A stretch of DNA of 64,000 bases from Bigelowiella natans CCMP2755. Taxonomy: Eukaryota; Protista; Cercozoa. A program made the position numbers and the translations under genes. Numbering within the stretch: the first letter of the stretch is position 1; each line of letters begins with the position of its first letter. Shown piece by piece: positions 9,860-41,172 of the stretch. The notes beneath the pieces were generated by a model. That model searched no databases. It was not told where the DNA came from and saw nothing but the letters and a program-made list of their open reading frames with translations. The stretch is from positions 1 through 64,000 of the forward strand of contig ADNK01003501.1 in NCBI GenBank assembly GCA_000320545.1. Reading direction: 5' to 3'.

Positions 9860-12790
9860 TTGTGGATTCATCTATGCAAGCGAGCACAGAGCAGAGCATC
9901 AGCAAAGAGTCGTCAATGAAAAGAAAACAATCTCATCCTTCTAGAAACATTGCATTTAAGCACAGTGAAACATTGTGAGAGTCTTGTTTGGCCTTGATTT
10001 GCAGGTGTTGTTGCTTAACACACCTAGACACAGCTCAGCATGGCCACAGCTGGCAATGCACTTCAGCGCATGTCTGTCAGCAGCCGTCAGCAACCCCACG
10101 GCACAGCACACTGCAGTCCACACGATGTGGGATGCATGCATGCACGTGCACACATGCATGCACGTGTGCACATCAGGGCTCTGGGTTGTTGTGGTTGGGG
10201 TTTTGCTTGCAGGCCGGGTTGCCTCAATTTTTTCCTCAGCTCCCCTTTCTCTTTGCGCAGAGTTGACGTGCTCAGTTCCAACGCAGCACTTTTTCTTTTC
10301 GACTTCCGAAGCGTAGCGAAGATTGAGCAGATGCGAGCCTCTTTTTCAAATCTGCAATCATTCCTTCAGCCTCTCTGTTCAAATCTTCCTCAGCGGCAGA
10401 CTTCAGTGGTCGCCCAGTTTCATTGAGCTTGACCCCTCTTTCAAAAGCCATTGAATCACACTTCTCTGCCTTTGACAACGTCCGTCCTGCAGAAGACTTG
10501 CGTTGCTGAGGCTGCTGCTGGAATTCCTCTCTCTTCGTGTCCTTTGGATCGCCGTTCTCAAGGTTGCGCAATGGACGCCAGTTCGGCGGAGCACGTTCTC
10601 CTGACTTGAAAGTGCACTTGGCGCGCTTGCCACGTCGTCGACGTGCTGGGCAAGGGGCGGTGAGTTTGTCCTTTGTGCAAGTCTGACGCACTTTCTCCCA
10701 CGTGTCCAATGAGGGATCGAAGGGCATGTCCCCTCGAAACCTGTTGTCAGCAGGTGTGACGCACCAGCTGCCTCCCTCCTCTGCTCGCCGAAGACGGCAG
10801 AGACAAGAACCTTCACCTTCCCACTCGACACGCAACAAGTTGCCTCCTTGCAGATCAGACCAGCCCATTCCTTCTTCCACTCATCTGCACGTGTTCCTCA
10901 CAATGAACAATGACAAAAAACTGCACTTTCAAAGTGTTGCAAGACACTTGCAGTGCACGACAGACCAAAGTGAGCAAGATGAAAAGCTCAAACGTGTCTC
11001 AAAGCTTGAGACCAAAAGTTTCGAAAGGACGTTTTGAATGTGGTTCAACAGGTGATTTTTCTTCGGAAGTTCACCTGCAACCAAACTCAGCAGGCGATCT
11101 CAAACTTGGGTGACACGTGAAAATTTCGGGAAAAACACGAATTGAGTGCAACCATGGGTGTCAAACAACGGGCAAACTTCCGGTGAAAAAATTGAATTTT
11201 CAATTTTTCGTGAAACTGCCACTGAAAATCAAACTTCGAATGTGCAATGCTCCCCATCCAGGAACGTCTTGTGAACGCCTTTGGGAGGGGCTCCTGCGGG
11301 CGACAAAAGCGCTCGCCAGCGGCGGAAGCAGTGCAACTGTGCGAATTGGAACCATTGGCGTCTCTTGAGCTCGAGCAGGGCGGTTCGGCCCACAATTTCA
11401 GACAAGAATTCTCGTTTCCACAACACAAGGCACGTGACGCGCGAAGCGCGTTGGCTCCGCGAGGGTGTGTTTTGAGCAAGTGCATGCCAACAGGGCTGCC
11501 GACAGCTTTTTTTCACAAAACGTGCAAACCATCATCGCGAAATGCGGAAAATGATGCGGACTTTTTGTGCATCATTTTCCGCGGCTTGCGGGCTTCAGCG
11601 CGCGCTTTGGTGCAGAGTTGCGCTAGCCTGAACGTGCAGCTGCTGTGGATGCTGAAAGTGAAAACAGTGGGTCACATTGGCGCTGGGTTGCCCCAATGCC
11701 AGAGTGTCTGGACCCGAGCATGCAGTGCGGAGCAGTGCACGTGGGCTGCACGCACGCAACAACTGCCAGACTGGCGCACCCAAGCACGCACGCAGGCATC
11801 TGCCGCGCATGGACGTGTGGCGACAGGTGTGCCGTCGCCTTCAACGTCCACCAGTCTGGTGTTCCACCAGTCCGCCCATCAGCACGTGCTGGGAGTGCTG
11901 GCACAGGGCGTGCACATCGAGATGCCATCACGTCCAATGTGCAAACCCTGCTGGTCTGCGTCCAAAACATTCCAGACATTGGCATCGAGCGCGATGCCGC
12001 CAAGTGCACAAACCAAGTGACGCTTGAAAACACTCGTCAAATTCGAGTGTGGTTTGGTGGTGTGAAACGCACACAATTTCTGGAATTTGAGTGAAAGTGC
12101 GTTGTTTGCAACTTGAACGTGTCTCGCCTTTCTTCTCATTGCCTGAGAATGCGGCCTGGAATCGAAAGTGCGAACACTCTGGTGCAGTCTGGACCGTTCC
12201 CACTTCAGCTGGTTCGTGCAGTTCGGCGTGGTCCAGTGGTGTGCACAGGAATGAAACTCCCTCAAGACCAGAAGAGAGCACTGTGTCTCCATGACTAGAT
12301 GAGAGAAACGTGTTCGCGCTTGGTCGAAGAGGACCTGCATCGCAGAGCGCGCAGTGTTGCCCAGCCAGCGAGGCCAAACAACAAAAAGGAACGAAGAAAG
12401 TGAAAGAAAGAAGTGTTTTTGCATGGCCGAAGAGCGCCTGCACTTGCAATGGCAAACAAGTTGACAACGTTGTGTGTGCACGCATTGACCCCTCTCCAAG
12501 TGTCTCTCCACCTTTCACGCGTTGACCACTCTCAAAGTCTGGAGTGAAGTGCGTCTGCCTTTCTTCCTTTTGCGTTGACCGAAGGATCATTGCCACACCC
12601 GTGAAACAACTCAAGGGCGATCCTTTCAACCCACCCAGCGCACCCAGCTTCTCAGCAGTGCACGCTGGCCAGGAACATGTTTCATTGGAATGTCGTGTGA
12701 ACACGAATCTTGAACCTTGAACCTTTCATCAATTGTCAAGAACAAGAACAAGAATTCGATGAAAACTGCATTTCCAAAACATGACAAGAT
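9860..12790. other. TpA-erased island of unidentified repeat or pseudogene sequence
   Basis: By eye only about 3 TA dinucleotides occur between 10030 and 12790 (GTAG ~10313, CTAG 11623, CTAG 12295). Many overlapping Cys/His-rich, Tyr-free ORFs. Confidence 0.8.
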
Positions 12791-14125
12791 GTTTCCAAAG
12801 TACGAAATGCAATGCCTCGAGCTAAATCTAGCGAGGGCCAATCTGGAGCATGACATTGTCTTTCAAATGGCATTGGAACTGCTTCAGACGTTCACTCGTG
12901 AGAACGTAACGTGCGAACGGAATCTGGGCAAAAACACCAGAGACTCTCTGGAGGGCACTTTGTCCAATTTCCGGAACTTCATCGGGGACACCGAATTCAT
13001 CGAAGTCTAAAAATAGAATCATGCAATACCGGTTTTCGGAAGACTGAATTTGTTTGACCTAGAAACATTTGAAACGACAACATTAAAATTGGAACTCATG
13101 GGATTAAAGGAGTTAAATGAGAAAAAACGACATGAACAAATCTCAACTTCCACATGAAGTCAGCTGAATTCTTCAGTTTCAGGGTTTTGCTTTTTTTGTG
13201 GTAATTGTGTAATTACGTTGTCTGCTTTACGAGTATTTTAAATATGAGTACAAAAATGGCTTATGTTTATCTAATTTACGGAGTTTTATGTGCATATTTA
13301 TATCGTGTTTTTGTGCCCACTCGCCTTTTATTTCGGCGCGGCAACGTGGTTGGCGCCGACAGACACAACAAAAATACTCACAATGCAAGCTAAACTATCA
13401 GTACGACAAGGGTAAAGTATTCAACTCAATAGTCATAATTGTACATCCGCAGGCCACTCGCCTCTCCCTTTCACTCACCGGAACTTCCTTCAAACACTCC
13501 CCAGGCGCCTAAGAATATAGGCGTTGATGGATGCGTAGAAAGCACTTTTCTAAGAAACCTTCCTCGGAGCCTGTGCATTTCTCTTGGACACTTTTTCTCA
13601 TTGCATCTCTTCAGGTTGTAACCCTCTTCAATAATTAATTAGTCTCTGATCCTAAGCTAAATTCCCTGATCCAGGTTTCTGTTTGGAGTTTCGGAGTTTG
13701 GGAGCATCCATTCCATCAATTTCTTGTCGATTTTCAGCACAACGTCCGTGGAGAGAGGCCAAACCAACACCTTTCTTACGATAAACCACTTCCTAGCCTA
13801 ACTCAACAGTTACTGGAGCTTCTCAGTTTAAGAGCTGCTTTACAATCAGTTACTCTCCGGAGCGCTGAGTCTGCATATCTTTCAAAACATCCACCTAAGT
13901 TAATTAAAGCACCAAACCCAGCTCAAAGCTTAGGCTTCAAAGCGTCCCTATATTCAGAGGAGGAGTCTGAAAAGGAAGCAGCGGCGTCAATAGTTGCATA
14001 TTGATAAAATAAAGGTAATCCTCTATTGTGAACTCGAGTATCTTTATTTCGACCTGACTATGATATTTTCAATATTCTAGACTGCTGTACAGAATCTAAC
14101 TAAAAAAGAAATTGAAGATTTAAAA

Positions 14126-15133
14126 ATGATGAGTTCAAGCATTTACTCTTCCTCCGGATTTATGCCTTTGTCTCCGCTCTTATGCGACACGGAAAATTCA
14201 AACCCTTTCCTGAAGATGAACACCTCTACCCCGTCTCCAAAAGAGGAGACTGTAGGGCCGATCAATTCATCACTCTCAACCTCTGGCGGAGAGGAGAAAG
14301 CTTATTCTTGTAAATCTGGATCCTCGTCCGACACTGAGATGCCCCAGCAGCAAGGTGGTACAATGCTAGGGAAAAACGGACAAACTATTGCTGTGAATAA
14401 GCAAGAAATGGTAAAGCTTATTGAGGAGCAGAATCTGCAAAAACAAAGACTCCTTCGCAAAGCCGAACAGGCTCGTCTAAGCCGGAAACGCAAAAAAATG
14501 CGTATGCAAGAATTGGAGAAGGAGTCCGATTTTCTACGCGCTGAGGTAAAGCGCCTCAAGGCAGCACTGATGGCGAAGGAAAATAAAATCGCTGCGATGG
14601 TGTCAGCTAACAAGGCAATATCCCCAACCGCCCTCTCAGATGCAAATGAGTATTCTGAGATGTTTGGAAAATTGGAGAAAGCTGTTGACGAAGGACAAAA
14701 TGCGCAAGTAGCTATGCAAGTCGACTATATGCTACGAAGCTTCAAGAACAACAAGCCAGATGCTGATAAATATGTGAAGGTGTTTGCAGCTCAAATCTCC
14801 CCATCCCTGCCAGTACGTTTCCTGGAATGGATCCTGAATAAACACGAAGGATTCTACGAAGACAAGAATGGTTTGTGGTACTCTCTTTTCGCTGAGGAAT
14901 CTGGATTAACTATGAAGCAGATGGCAGAGATGAAGGATCTTAGAAAGAATCGCGCTAAAACCGAGTTCAACAAAGAAGAACTTATGAAACAGCTTACCTC
15001 CCACCTCAAGGCTCAGTGTACACATCAAGAGAAAATGTTGGATAAGATTTCGAAAATTCTTAAACCAGCACAACTGGCGAAATTTCTTCTATGGGTTCGT
15101 AAACATGGAGAAGTCTGCATTAAGATCCGTTAG
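14126..15133 (+). CDS. bZIP transcription factor, single coding exon
   Basis: 335-aa ORF with a basic region QKQRLLRKAEQARLSRKRKK followed by a leucine zipper (LEKESDFLRAEVKRLKAAL). A likely 5'UTR intron (GTAATC...TTCTAG) lies at about 14015-14080. Confidence 0.9.
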   Translation: MMSSSIYSSSGFMPLSPLLCDTENSNPFLKMNTSTPSPKEETVGPINSSLSTSGGEEKAYSCKSGSSSDTEMPQQQGGTMLGKNGQTIAVNKQEMVKLIEEQNLQKQRLLRKAEQARLSRKRKKMRMQELEKESDFLRAEVKRLKAALMAKENKIAAMVSANKAISPTALSDANEYSEMFGKLEKAVDEGQNAQVAMQVDYMLRSFKNNKPDADKYVKVFAAQISPSLPVRFLEWILNKHEGFYEDKNGLWYSLFAEESGLTMKQMAEMKDLRKNRAKTEFNKEELMKQLTSHLKAQCTHQEKMLDKISKILKPAQLAKFLLWVRKHGEVCIKIR

Positions 15134-15204
15134 AAGATAGAGTAATGCTTGAAACTAAACTGTAATTTTATGAAATGTGAGGCAACCTTATTGTATTTCA
15201 TACA

Positions 15205-15244
<40 letters not shown>

Positions 15245-15329
15245 ACATCAGACAAATGCTGTAACATGTACGTTATATGTTTATGAAGAAATAAAAGCGA
15301 AATGGAACAAAAAGAGATGGACTTCCTAG

Positions 15330-16080
15330 CCAGCCCTCACAATAAGCTAGTAAGTCAGAGTTGCATCGTTTGCTCTTGATCGCCTAGTCGCTTCATCTAG
15401 TCATGCATGACACACATATCTAGATATGCATGAGATAGTGAGCTGCGTGCAGCGCAACATGAGCGCAGCAGTGGCTACACATCACCGCCATGCCCCCCCT
15501 GCGAATGCACACTACTAGACTAGCACATGCAAGCTAGTTAGTGCTCGCATGCATGCAGCCCAGCGCATGCAAGACTCCTGATACATCACTCCAGAAACAT
15601 GATGACCGCCGCGCCCGCCATGCAATGTGAATGATAGATGCACTGTTATAGAATTGCTTTGTCTACGACTGTTCTATCTCCAAAAGCAGCGTAACTTCTG
15701 CATACATTAATTTTCATACTTACAGCGTATTCGATCATTGTCACATGTACTATATAGTGTAACATGACATGCGCGTGGTACGTGACACACATGCGCATGT
15801 GCATGTGCACGGACACATCGTGTTCGTGTGCTCCCTGCTTTTACCTGATTTAGGCTTCGATTCCTGCTAGCTAGCTGCGCAAGCATGTCAGCATGTAAGT
15901 TGCAAGCGTACGCGTAGCGATGGCTACACAGCCAGTAACCCGCCATGCGTTGACAGATGCGACCAATCGATGCGGACTAGGCTTTCGCTGCGTGCATGAG
16001 CACACGCGCGCACAACAAACACTGCTCTTCCGCAGTGGCTACGTACTTGTGCGACACAAGTAAAGAAGCTCGCACAAACC
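15330..16080. other. Partially TpA-depleted island rich in CTAG and GCATGC
   Basis: Same TG/CA texture as the other islands, with CTAG sites retained and residual TAs. Boundaries approximate. Confidence 0.5.
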
Positions 16081-16199
16081 AATCCCAGATTGAAGAATCA
16101 TTTTGTCATTGAAATAGCGACATTCACAAGTGCCGAGTATTCATTGATCATTTCATTATCTATTTCACTCGATCACAATCGTGATTCGCCCTATATTAT

Positions 16200-27397
<11,198 letters not shown>

Positions 27398-27410
27398 TTC
27401 CCAGTAATTT

Positions 27411-27441
27411 TACGTCACGTCACGTCACGTAAGTCACGTCA
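27411..27441. promoter_or_regulatory. Tandem ACGT-core (GTCACGT, CRE/G-box-like) cluster just upstream of the giant gene's ATG
   Basis: TACGTCACGTCACGTCACGTAAGTCACGTCA lies 14-44 bp upstream of the minus-strand ATG at 27397. Confidence 0.35.
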
Positions 27442-28315
27442 CCAACAAGCTGCAGATTTGTTGATGGGGGGCGGCATTTTCAAAATTTCAAATTTCAACC
27501 TCCACTGATTCGGCACAATTATTTTGTAAATATTCGTGAAATGCAACCGGATTCAAACATTTTGTCAAAAAACTCCTTGTCGAACCATAAAAAAGAAGAA
27601 ATAGGAAAAGAGTATTGCTAGTTAGTTAGTTAGTTAGTTAATCTTTTCGCGCCCTTGACTTCCCAGCTATGTTGTTACACCGAAGTGATTTTCATAGTGG
27701 ATGTTGTCTCATAACGGACATTGCGAAAGTCAAAACTTGCATGGCAAAACATAGCAAAATTTGTGACTTATAGGACTAATAACTTTTTTCTTTTGATTTT
27801 TAGGTTTGAGCCTTTTTTTTTTTTTTTTTTTTAGGTTTGGGGCCTTTATTCTGGTAAGTTTAATGATAGGAATGCTAGGTTTTTTTTTAATTGCGACAAC
27901 TGATGTTTTGCGTATCATCATCATCTTTCCATCACTACCAGGTATGATGTGTGTTGTATATGTTGTTAATAATATAAGAGGATCCTACTGGTCGTTCGTA
28001 CGTAGTATTTCCTAATTCATAATAACTAGTGTTTATTACACATTATTATTGCTACTATTATTGCTATTATTGGATACGAACGAGGCAATATTTTATCCTA
28101 TGAATTAGTACTACTTTCCCACTGTGAACATCAGCAGTCAAGGATGCGACTAGAATAACACAACCAAATAGATTGATTGATCGATCATCACGAAGTAATA
28201 ATAACTATGTAAGGAGGGGGGGTGGGGAGGAGAATGAGGAAGAGGACCAATACTTACTTAACTCTCATAAACAACATTAACTAGGCAACTTGTACGAAAG
28301 GAGGGGGGAGAAAGA

Positions 28316-36566
<8,251 letters not shown>

Positions 36567-37274
36567 TCATGTCTGATCAACATTGGACACAGTGTGTCAT
36601 TGATCGCGGCGATGAGTTACAACATACATAAGTGAATTTATTACAAGAAGTTCTTAAAAAAATATAAAAGCAACAAAGTATGACAGCGAAATCATAACTA
36701 GTTCAAATCTTTGACGACACTAAACTAAATATCAAGCATAGTCAGTTGCTATTGTGATAGTGCAAGTCGTATTATAATCATATGCGTTATGTCGTAGAAT
36801 GTTACATACATGTTTTATATAAAGTCTATACATAAAGTCCGCTATTGCACAGCTACATGAGGATAATCATCGAACAAATTTTAATTCGATTGATTACATC
36901 CGTCTTACATCAAGTCTAATTTGAGTTATATCAATCAAGATGGCACCATGAGCGCCAGCGCGTTTGTTACGCTAGGCAAAATTTCTTCGTATCGTATGTG
37001 TTGTTTTCTACAAACGTAGCGTACGCTAGTACGTGTATACCGCCGGCAGCAACCTATCTAACAGAGCACAGCTAGAGATATGACGCTGAGCAGCGCAGCG
37101 TTGTTTTGAATTGCAAGTGGTGAATTTGCGCAACTACCGCAATCGATCAATGGCAGTGTCTTTGCTTCTGTGCTTATATGGCATGTTCACTACTATTTAT
37201 TGTACTACTGCTACTACTACTACTACTACCTCGCAGACAATATTATTTTATTATCATTGCCTATAGCTGTTTCG

Positions 37275-39144
37275 TTAGTTGTTATTATCCCCACTACTGC
37301 TGGGAACATACTTCTGTGTTCTACCAAAATCTAGAAGTTTTTTGGCAAACTTGAGCTTGGACAAAGCATCCTGCCGCTTCTGTTCCACGCCTTTAACGGT
37401 TGTCTCAAGTTCCTCCACTTTGGTATTGAGCTTCTCATGCTGCTGCTCCAGCTCTTGATTACGCCTATTTTGGCGGCCCTCTGCTTCCGCAAGTGTGATG
37501 ATCTTTATCTTATTTGCTTCGAATTGGGTTCGATACCATGCTATGCGCTGCTGCAGTTCATTAATATTTGTAGACATCTTTCGCACCAAAGTTTCCTTTG
37601 TTGAAAGCGCAGTCTTGTAGTTGTCAATCTTCAGAAGAATCTCGCGTGCACGTGTTTTCCAGCTTGTGCATTCGGTTGTACTTGCCGTTAGCATCTGCTC
37701 TAGCTGCTTTATTCGAGGCTGTAGCGTTGTGCGTGATTCCTCATGGTATCCCCTCACTTTGAAGTCTAACATCTGGTTACGCTCCGTGAGGGTGTTGATC
37801 TGCACGCGGAGAGCATCTATGCTTCGTTTGTGCCCACTTTGCACTGCCTGCATAGATTTGCGCAAGTGATTACAAGTAGATTTTAAGGAAATAATTGTCG
37901 TCATCTTATCCTTGATTTTGGCACGGGCGTCGTCTATCTCACTTTGAAGCAAGTTCTGATGCAGCTGATGTTGGCTTACTTCCTCTTCCTTTCGAAAGGA
38001 AGAAGGAGGGCTTTGGGCCTTTTTCATTTGCGCCTTTTCTTCTTTGTATGTTTGCAGTTGGTGCTTCATCTGTTCCACCTTTGTTTGATATGTTTCAAGT
38101 TGTTGTTTCATATCTTCGATCTTTGTTTCGAATTTAAGGCTGTTTCTAGCAAGCTGCAAATCCTTTTCCGTCATACGTTCCGCCTTTTCTTTGAGCTCAA
38201 GAGAAAGTTTGTCTATAATGCCTTCCAACTTGCGCTTTATTTCGCTTATACCCTGCTCTTTCTCCCTCACTAACTGAAGAATTTGCTTCTTCTGTGCTTC
38301 GGTATACAGTGAGAGTGATGATGATGATAATGATGATGATGATACTGCTTCTGAGGAAGAAACAGTAGCTACAATTTCTTTGTTCTCTGTTACCATTGTT
38401 CCGCTACAATCCTTAGTCTTATTCAATCCAGATAATATTTGAAATCTCTCAAGATTTGCTTTTTCCATCTTCGCCTTTTTTTCCTCCTCCTCCTTCATTC
38501 GAATGACTTCTTCTCTGTGCTTCTTCTCAAGATTTTTCACTGCTTTTTCGTGTTTAAGAGTCTTCGTGGCCAATTCATTGCTAATTTGTGCAAGCCTTGC
38601 GTTGAGATCACTTATTATATTATTCTCTGCATTATCCTGTTCCTGTTTCTCTCCAGATCCCATCTTTTCCTCATCCTCCTTCATTCGAATGACTTCTTCT
38701 CTGTGCTTTTTCTCAAGATTTTTCATTGCTTTTTCGTGTTCAAGAGTCTTCGTGGCCAATTCATTGCTAATTTGTGCAAGTCTTGCCTTGAGATCACGTA
38801 TATTATTATTTTTGTGAGTATCCCCTTCTTCTTCCTGCTGCTCAGAGCTCTTCCTCCTCCTCCTCCTTCTCGTTACTGTAGTAGTATCATTAGTATTGTC
38901 GATGGTGTGCTGCTGCTGCTGCTGCTGCTGGGTCAACTTGAACTCTAAACCGACGAAGTCAGCTTTTAGCTTCTGGATTAACATAAGAGATAATGGTGGT
39001 GATGATAATGATGATGATGATAATGGAGATGATGATAATGGAGATGATACAGGAGGATGGATGGATGGATGGATGAATGGTGGCATGAGGAGAGGGTGAG
39101 ATCATAAGTAAGCTAGTATGTATGTATTTGGAGCAGGTAACATT

Positions 39145-39186
<42 letters not shown>

Positions 39187-39403
39187 CACATAACAAAATA
39201 TAATAGTTCAATATATTTAATGAGACATTATTGAAATTTGACTATCGTGTTAATGAACAGCATTATTTCTCTATAATACTTAAATGAAAAAATATGAATA
39301 CTATATTGGATCAAACATTAGAGTATAAGTTTGATGTATTATGAAAGAGAAAAGAAGACAATTATTTTTTAATAATCATCATCGTCTTGTAGAAACAATT
39401 ATA

Positions 39404-39439
<36 letters not shown>

Positions 39440-39441
39440 AC

Positions 39442-39482
<41 letters not shown>

Positions 39483-39769
39483 GAGGGAAATCACGAGAAT
39501 GGAGTATTATTGTGCGAAAACAGTATCTGATGAATAATCGATTGGGTGCTGTTGATGTTGTTTGTGTACACAAATGTACTACTAGTGATAAGCAAACATA
39601 CATGAAGAACTTGGTACCTCTACCTACTACTATTACCTCGATAAGGTTATCCTTTTCACTTATGAGCCCATTGATGTTGTCCTTCATTTCGTCCATCATC
39701 GACTCCTCCTCCTCTTTATTATCATTATTTTGAAGTGCTGACTGCTGCTGGTTCAATGTGTCCTTACCC

Positions 39770-39805
<36 letters not shown>

Positions 39806-41086
39806 TTTTCATCGTCATTCCTCCTTAGTTGTTTCTGATCAACATCTTGATTTTGTTGTTGTTGCTCTACTACTAATCTACCATAATGATTATTAAAATC
39901 GGACTTTGCTTGAGATATCGTCAGATCTCTCTCAACGAGAAGTTGCTCAAGTTCCTTACTACGTTTGGTTGCCTCCTGTTTGGCCTCAATGACCATTTTC
40001 TTACTACACTCTAGTTTATTACGATCTACCATTTCTGTTAGGCGGCGGCTAAGGGATCTACTACCACTATGTGAGAAGGAGGATGAGGAGGACGACCCAA
40101 ATTGCTGCTGCTGCTGCTTTGACAAGGTTGCATCCTCTCCAGTTGTTGCTTCTGCTTCGTCGTCGTGATTATTATTGTTATGATGATTATGATGATGATC
40201 ATCAACACTGTAGATTAGTCCCTCTGTGGTATTTTCTTCTTCCTCCTTCTCCTCATCCTCCTTCTGTTCCTTCTCATTTTTCTTCTCTTTTTCTTCTTCT
40301 TTTGCTTCGTAGCGATCATCATGTCCGTGGAGCTGACTCCTCCTCCCGCCTCTTCTTCCATCATCACCACCATCACGTTGGTACTGCTGCTGCTGTTGCA
40401 ATGAGTAGTAGTCTATGTCTCCTCGTCGTTCTATCTCTACACCGCCTCCTAATTTCACTACGTCAGCAACGTCATTATTGAGCAGTAGTGGCGTATTATC
40501 ATGCTCATCCACGGCAACATCATTCTTGAGCACTGATATAATACCATGCTCCTCCTCCTCCTCCTCCTCCTCCTCCTCCTCCTCCTCATCGTTGTTTCCC
40601 ATCTTCCCCTCTTTTGACGAGACCGTCAAAAAAGCTGATGAAGATGATTTCTTCAACATGATGGAAGGAAAGGGATGAGAGGAGGAAGATGACGGGTTAG
40701 AATGCGAAGAAGCAGTCAGAGTTGCCATTGATGTGCTACGTTTTATCATGGCTTTAGCAGGAAGTAGCTGCTGGTCTCTACGATGATAATACTCCAAAAT
40801 TGGTGTTCTTGTAAAGCGCTTCGATGCAGGGGATGGGGTAATTGTCCTCATATTATTCAGATTGTTACGGATAACTTCGCAATTCTTTAGAATAATATTG
40901 TCTTTGGCTAGGAGAGATTCATTTGCAGCCTTTAGCTCCGATTGTAGCTCTTGGATCTGCTCGAGAGCATCTGCTAGCTTATCACCCAGCTGAAGCTCCT
41001 TCCCCATCACATCTGCTTCATTTTCTAAGAAGAGAAGAGTAAGTAACAAGGCACGCATGTGTTATCCAAACTGCGGTGATGGTGAT

Positions 41087-41172
<86 letters not shown>

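Noticed and set aside
9956-12704. Dense stack of overlapping ORFs in all six frames (also 50-52 kb and 57.5-63.7 kb) as real genes
   Set aside because: Loss of TA removes TAA and TAG stops on both strands, which inflates ORF length. The products are Tyr-free and Cys/His-rich artefacts, except for the Gypsy frames.
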